Of a stretch of 64,000 nucleotides of DNA, positions 59,381-64,000 are shown piece by piece. The stretch is from Nitrosopumilus sp. (GTDB taxonomy: Archaea > Thermoproteota > Nitrososphaeria > Nitrososphaerales > Nitrosopumilaceae), in the NCBI GenBank assembly GCA_965238275.1, contig OZ250186.1, forward strand, positions 2,144,001 to 2,208,000, given 5' to 3'. Each line of letters starts with the position of its first letter. The first letter of the stretch is position 1. The translations under genes were made by a program, and so were the position numbers. The notes below the pieces were generated by a model, which was not told where the DNA came from, did not search any database, and saw only the letters and a program-made list of their open reading frames with translations.

Positions 59381-60000
59381 CTGAGATCCATGGATGTTCT
59401 GGTCAGTTTCATGATAATTCCACTAAACGCAATGGATGAAAGAAAGTACCATGCCCACAGAAAGAGCGCGTTCTCCGCGGTACAGACATGCTCCGGGTCT
59501 GCGGCCTGTTCGGCAGTACACGTAAGCTGCAGCCAGTCGCCTGGAATCACGTTGAGCGGTATGGGGGATATTGCAACGGTATACGAGAAGAGTTGTGGCA
59601 GGACCAGATAGAATATCAGAATCAGGGGAACAAATGTAATCATCATCGGCCTCATGTTCATCTGCATCATCTCCATGGACATCTTGTTCATGTAAGAGGA
59701 CTTTTTGCTCAGCTCGTTTATCCTGGCCTGATCCTTTGAGCGCATTGCGGCCATCCTCTCCTTCTGCCATGAGCGGGTCTCCTTCATGATCCGCTTCAGC
59801 TTTGTCTGATCAACCATCTTCTTTCGGACTGCCGCATTGAATATGTTGAGCAGTATTCCAAATCCGGACACGGCAAACATTGAAACAATCAGGCCCTTGA
59901 CTATCGGATCATCGCTTCCCAGCGCGCCCCGCTGCTCTGTAAAGAATTCAAACTGGAGAAACACAGAATCAACAAAGAGAAACACAAAGCCGAGATCCAT
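59377..60000 (-). CDS. DUF106/EMC3-TMCO1 family membrane insertase
   Basis: TM, coiled coil, MRPMMITFVP and WYFLSS; lies between adk and cmk. Confidence 0.85.
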   Translation of the reverse strand: MDLGFVFLFVDSVFLQFEFFTEQRGALGSDDPIVKGLIVSMFAVSGFGILLNIFNAAVRKKMVDQTKLKRIMKETRSWQKERMAAMRSKDQARINELSKKSSYMNKMSMEMMQMNMRPMMITFVPLILIFYLVLPQLFSYTVAISPIPLNVIPGDWLQLTCTAEQAADPEHVCTAENALFLWAWYFLSSIAFSGIIMKLTRTSMDLS

Positions 60001-60002
60001 TT

Positions 60003-60578
60003 CTACAGCCCCATCATGTTGATTATTTCATCCGCTACTTCATCAACCTTTCCCTCTGAGTTCAGTACATGCATCACCGGGGAGCCGGTAATTACAGAAC
60101 ATGCAGAGATCATTCCGGACTGGACATCCAGATCCCCCTTGACTGCGGCGATGGTAACACGATCCCTGTTTCGGCTGGTATCCCTCATCCGCCTGTTGTA
60201 GATCTCCTCGGGACGCGCAGAGACTGAGATAAAGTTGGTTGGACGGATGATACTCAGGACCTGCCCCGGCAGCCCTGGATAGTAGCCTTCCGGCGAGCTG
60301 ATAAATGCATGGGTGTCGACAAGTATCATGCCCTCATAGGTTGCAATCCGTTGGGCGGCAATATTCTGAAGGCGTCTCTGCTCGGATATGGGAAGCTTTC
60401 TGAGATGATCCCGATCACGCACGCCGTTCTCCTGCCCCACTTCCAGCATCAGCGTTCCAAAGCTTACCACGATACAGTCCGGGTTGTTGGCCTTTAGACG
60501 CTGGATCATCTTGGAGAGCAGCGTGGTCTTTCCGACTCCGGGAATCCCGGTGATTACTATCCGCTTATTTCCTGCCAA
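60003..60578 (-). CDS. adkA: Archaeal adenylate kinase
   Basis: GIPGVGKTT, DTH and GYYPGLP. Confidence 0.92.
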   Translation of the reverse strand: MAGNKRIVITGIPGVGKTTLLSKMIQRLKANNPDCIVVSFGTLMLEVGQENGVRDRDHLRKLPISEQRRLQNIAAQRIATYEGMILVDTHAFISSPEGYYPGLPGQVLSIIRPTNFISVSARPEEIYNRRMRDTSRNRDRVTIAAVKGDLDVQSGMISACSVITGSPVMHVLNSEGKVDEVADEIINMMGL

Positions 60579-61995
60579 GCAGAGCCCCCAAACGCGGCAT
60601 GACGACTTCGACTTGTTCCCTTACCAGTTGCGTATAGTAGTTAATTAGAATGTCAACCATGAGCAGGATTCCGATTCCGGATCCAAACACTCCAAGAACA
60701 TCAGAGACTCCGGCCAGCAGGCCCAGTATCATCGAACCGATGAGGGTGACAGACGGGATGTACTTGTTTAATAGCGCCTCAACAGGCTTGTTTGATCTTC
60801 GAAATCCCGGAATCTGTACATCGGCATCGAGAAGGTTTTGGGCTGCGCTCTTTGGGGAAAGGCCTCCAAGCTCCACCCAGAGCTTTCCAAACACCACCAC
60901 AATCCCAATCATAAATATGACATAGCCTACTGCCCTCATCGGATCCAGGGTGGCCGCCTCCAGGCCCCTGGGCGGCGTGATAAAGTATATGAGGCCGCCT
61001 ATCGGGGTGGACGGGCTTGTCGGGTCAAACTGTGCTATGAAATTCATAAAGAAGTTGTTGTTCCGCGGGTTCGTGTTGGCCCATAACATCTGGAATACGA
61101 ATACAGCATTTGCCGTAAGGGCAGAGGCCAGGATCACAGGAATGTTGGAGACGTACATCAGCTTGATCGGGTATACGGCAGAGAACCCCCTGTACTTTGT
61201 CGATACGATCGGGATCTCAATCTTCATGCCCTGTGTAAAGACAAGTATCAGCAGGATTCCGGCGGTAAGACACAGTCCGAAGATGCTCGGCAGCTGGTTT
61301 GAACGGAACAGTATGTCTGCGAAGTCGCCGGCTATTATTGATTCGCCGATAAACGGGAATATGCCGATCATTCCGCCGTCGCCGGCACGCAACGGGCTGA
61401 ACAGGCTCCAGAGGATCTGCTGGGCCACGCCTGCCATGATAAACAGGCTGATCCCGCTTCCCAAGCCCCATCCCTTCTGGATCAGCTCGTCAAGGAACAT
61501 GATTATGATCGACGCTGCCATCAGCTGCCCGACCATGATATACAGGACAGACGGTTCCGTGATATTAGGACCGTACACTGCGATTCCGTACACGACTGAC
61601 TCTACAACGATTATGATGTAGGTTACCAGCTTGGTCGCCGTCTGGAATATGCCTCGCTCCTCGGGCTTTTTAAAGTCAAACTTGAGGATCTCCGAGCCCC
61701 TGAGCAGCTGCATCAGCAGCCCGGCAGTCACGATCGGCCCTATCCCCAGTTCCACGAGGGTGCCCTGCTGGGATGCAAAGATTACACGCGCAAACTGTAG
61801 AAAATCAAATTCGGGCGTGGTTGCGCCAAACAGCGGGGTCTGCCCCATCACCATATAGATGAGCAGGGCCATTCCACACCAGAGGAGGCGTATTTGGAGA
61901 GAGATCTTCTTTTTCGGCTTTGGGACCTGCGGGAGGTAGGGTTCGACCTTGAAGACAATCCTTCGTAGGATGGTAGTTAAGCTACCTTCAGCCAT
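60565..61995 (-). CDS. secY: Preprotein translocase SecY
   Basis: ELGIGPIVTAG, GLGSGISLFI and YVSNIP. Confidence 0.95.
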   Translation of the reverse strand: MAEGSLTTILRRIVFKVEPYLPQVPKPKKKISLQIRLLWCGMALLIYMVMGQTPLFGATTPEFDFLQFARVIFASQQGTLVELGIGPIVTAGLLMQLLRGSEILKFDFKKPEERGIFQTATKLVTYIIIVVESVVYGIAVYGPNITEPSVLYIMVGQLMAASIIIMFLDELIQKGWGLGSGISLFIMAGVAQQILWSLFSPLRAGDGGMIGIFPFIGESIIAGDFADILFRSNQLPSIFGLCLTAGILLILVFTQGMKIEIPIVSTKYRGFSAVYPIKLMYVSNIPVILASALTANAVFVFQMLWANTNPRNNNFFMNFIAQFDPTSPSTPIGGLIYFITPPRGLEAATLDPMRAVGYVIFMIGIVVVFGKLWVELGGLSPKSAAQNLLDADVQIPGFRRSNKPVEALLNKYIPSVTLIGSMILGLLAGVSDVLGVFGSGIGILLMVDILINYYTQLVREQVEVVMPRLGALLGRK

Positions 61996-62413
61996 CGCGG
62001 GGCAACACCTCTCCACCAGCTGCCTCTAGTTTTTCTTGTGCGGACTTTGTAAACTGCCGTACCTTGACAGAGTAGGGGCTGGACAGGCTTCCGCCGCCAA
62101 GGAGCTTGTCGTATCCTGCGCCTTGAAGATCCACTGTTTTTTTGCCCCCTTCCTCGGTACCGAATGCTGCAAACAGGTCGTCTAGGTCACGAATGCTGGC
62201 CCATCTTCGGATGATGTTTGGGTGGGGCGGTTTAGTTGAATCATGGCCGTAATGATCAGGATCATCCTTCAACATGGTACTGTAATGGTGCTTCATCATG
62301 CCGGTAATTCCCAGACCGCCCTGATGTCCGCTTGCACGGTGCTGGCCGACCTGGCCCCATCCCATGTGCCTGCCTCCCCGGAGCCTTCTGGTCTTTCTCA
62401 GTCTTGTTGCCAT
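61988..62413 (-). CDS. rpl15: Ribosomal protein uL15
   Basis: KLLGGG...A.EKLEAAGG. Confidence 0.93.
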   Translation of the reverse strand: MATRLRKTRRLRGGRHMGWGQVGQHRASGHQGGLGITGMMKHHYSTMLKDDPDHYGHDSTKPPHPNIIRRWASIRDLDDLFAAFGTEEGGKKTVDLQGAGYDKLLGGGSLSSPYSVKVRQFTKSAQEKLEAAGGEVLPRDG

Positions 62414-62414
62414 G

Positions 62415-62882
62415 TCAGATCATATTCCTAACAAGCGTGCCCAGTTCCTTGTTCTGTCCCAGTATGCCCTTTTGTCCGTACAGTTTCTTGGTGCTTCTCT
62501 TGAATCCGTATCTTGGGGGTGCCAGGGCAAACCACGGCTTGAGCGGCTTGAGCTTGGACAGGGTCACCTTTCCCTCGCTCAGGGCAGATGCCAGATCATC
62601 AGAACTTGCAAAGCCAAGATCCTTGAGATCCTCTGAAGTGACCTTTTGATAGCCTGACTTTCTTGCCTTCTTGTCTATGAGTTCCTTTGCCAGGGCAGCG
62701 TCAGCATCAAACCACGAGACATAGTGCTTTATCTTGTTTAGCATGCCCAGCGTGTTCTCCTTGGCAGGCAGTATGGTGGCGCGGTATTTTTTATCGAGCT
62801 TGAGCAGGGTCATGGTGCGGACTGCCCAGTACGGAACGTCTGCCTGGCCCTTTATTCTAACAACGAGATATGCCTTGACCAT
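62415..62882 (-). CDS. rpl30: Ribosomal protein uL30
   Basis: VVRIKG and FALAPPRYGF. Confidence 0.9.
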   Translation of the reverse strand: MVKAYLVVRIKGQADVPYWAVRTMTLLKLDKKYRATILPAKENTLGMLNKIKHYVSWFDADAALAKELIDKKARKSGYQKVTSEDLKDLGFASSDDLASALSEGKVTLSKLKPLKPWFALAPPRYGFKRSTKKLYGQKGILGQNKELGTLVRNMI

Positions 62883-62887
62883 TCCCA

Positions 62888-63550
62888 TCAACCCTGACTG
62901 AACGTCTGCCTGAGGCAGTTCAGTATAGCCTTTGATGTCGAGTTCATGGTGGGCGTGGAGCCCTTTGCGGTGGTCCACGCATCCTTTAGTCCTGCCAATT
63001 CCAATAATCGCTTTATCTTGCCTCCTGCTACAAGCCCCAGCCCTCTGGGAGCAGGAATTATCTCGATCGTGACGCTTCCTCCCTTCCCTTTGACCTTGAA
63101 CGGGACCGAATGCTTTTGATCACACCTGCACTCCCAGCTGCCGCATCCGATCTTGATTGGGCTCACGTTCAGAAAGGCCTGGCTGGTCGCCTTTTCTATT
63201 GCAATTCTCATCTGTTTGGATTTTCCCTGACCGATTCCCAGATATCCTGCCTCGTTTCCCGTTGCGACGATCGCCTTGAATCTGGTGGACTGGCCGTTTG
63301 AAGTCATCTTTTGGATAATCCCCACGTCAATCACCTCGCTCTTCAGATCGGGAAGTAGTTTTTTGATTATTCCGGCCTCTTGGATTCGCAGGCCCGTCTC
63401 AATTATCTCCTCAAGGGATGTGATCTCGCCGGATGCGACCTTGTGACCAAGTATGGTCTTTGGTAGCCAGACCTCTTCCTCAGGCTCCCTTCTGGGTCTT
63501 TTGGGACGGTTGCCGCCGCCCCCTCCTCGGTACTGGGATCTCTGACTCAA
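62888..63550 (-). CDS. rps5: Ribosomal protein uS5
   Basis: WLPKTILG, GCGSWEC and PAPRGLGLV. Confidence 0.94.
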   Translation of the reverse strand: MSQRSQYRGGGGGNRPKRPRREPEEEVWLPKTILGHKVASGEITSLEEIIETGLRIQEAGIIKKLLPDLKSEVIDVGIIQKMTSNGQSTRFKAIVATGNEAGYLGIGQGKSKQMRIAIEKATSQAFLNVSPIKIGCGSWECRCDQKHSVPFKVKGKGGSVTIEIIPAPRGLGLVAGGKIKRLLELAGLKDAWTTAKGSTPTMNSTSKAILNCLRQTFSQG

Positions 63551-64000
63551 CTATCCAACACCGCCGTCGATGGTAGATTTAACCTGTAAAACCTCGTTCT
63601 TTACAGTCAGGTGATCCCCGTTGATTCTCTCTGTGGGTGGAAACGTCTCTGCGTCGGCAGGCACCTCAAGGCCTGCGTCAATCACGCCCTTTAGGGCCGC
63701 AGCCATTCTCTGGGTGTATCTTCGGGTTCCAGTGTAAAGAATGGCGTTCTTTGCGCCCAAGAGTAGCGCCTTCTTGCCTGCAAGATACCCTGTCAGGTAT
63801 GCTGCAGGTATGTTCTTTCTGGAGCCCTTCCATCCCCTCTCCAGCAGGGATCTAGAGTGTGCAGATGCAATAACCGTGTCACCTGCGATTCCTGGCTTGA
63901 GAATCTGGACCTGGGTGTTTTGATTGGTAATGTTTACAGTGATGAAATCGCGCTTGCCCATGAGCATGGTGCCGCGTTTTTTATAGTTGGTTTTTTGATT
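63551..64000 (-). CDS. rpl18: Ribosomal protein uL18, 5' end outside the window
   Basis: NIPAAYLTGYLAG and LKGVIDAGL. Confidence 0.92.
   Translation of the reverse strand, partial: NQKTNYKKRGTMLMGKRDFITVNITNQNTQVQILKPGIAGDTVIASAHSRSLLERGWKGSRKNIPAAYLTGYLAGKKALLLGAKNAILYTGTRRYTQRMAAALKGVIDAGLEVPADAETFPPTERINGDHLTVKNEVLQVKSTIDGGVG

Overview
Archaeal chromosomal segment. The gene content and proteins point to Nitrosopumilaceae (ammonia-oxidising Thaumarchaeota); the heavy IS load hints at a host-associated lineage, which is inference. Core blocks are the exosome/prefoldin cluster, rpoD-rpl18e-rpl13-rps9, the leu/hac isomerases, a 2-oxoacid:ferredoxin oxidoreductase, cbf5-cmk-adk-secY-ribosomal proteins and three tRNAs. 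About 18 kb (~28%) is mobile DNA: three single-ORF IS66 elements, two solo IS5 elements, a nested IS481/IS3/IS5 stack, two TnpB elements and one IS110. Main finding: both TnpB genes lie in elements bounded by terminal inverted repeats and TA dinucleotides (IS630/Tc1-mariner-like, not IS200/IS605/IS607-like). An IS110-family element has inserted at a CT/AG core inside the left inverted repeat of one copy. Its upstream non-coding end folds into a bridge-RNA-like structure whose first loop matches both halves of that repeat and whose second loop matches the element's own circle junction. The second TnpB copy keeps the intact target. This looks like an RNA-guided recombinase programmed against an RNA-guided nuclease transposon. 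All coordinates and alignments were read by eye; no searches or folding programs were run.
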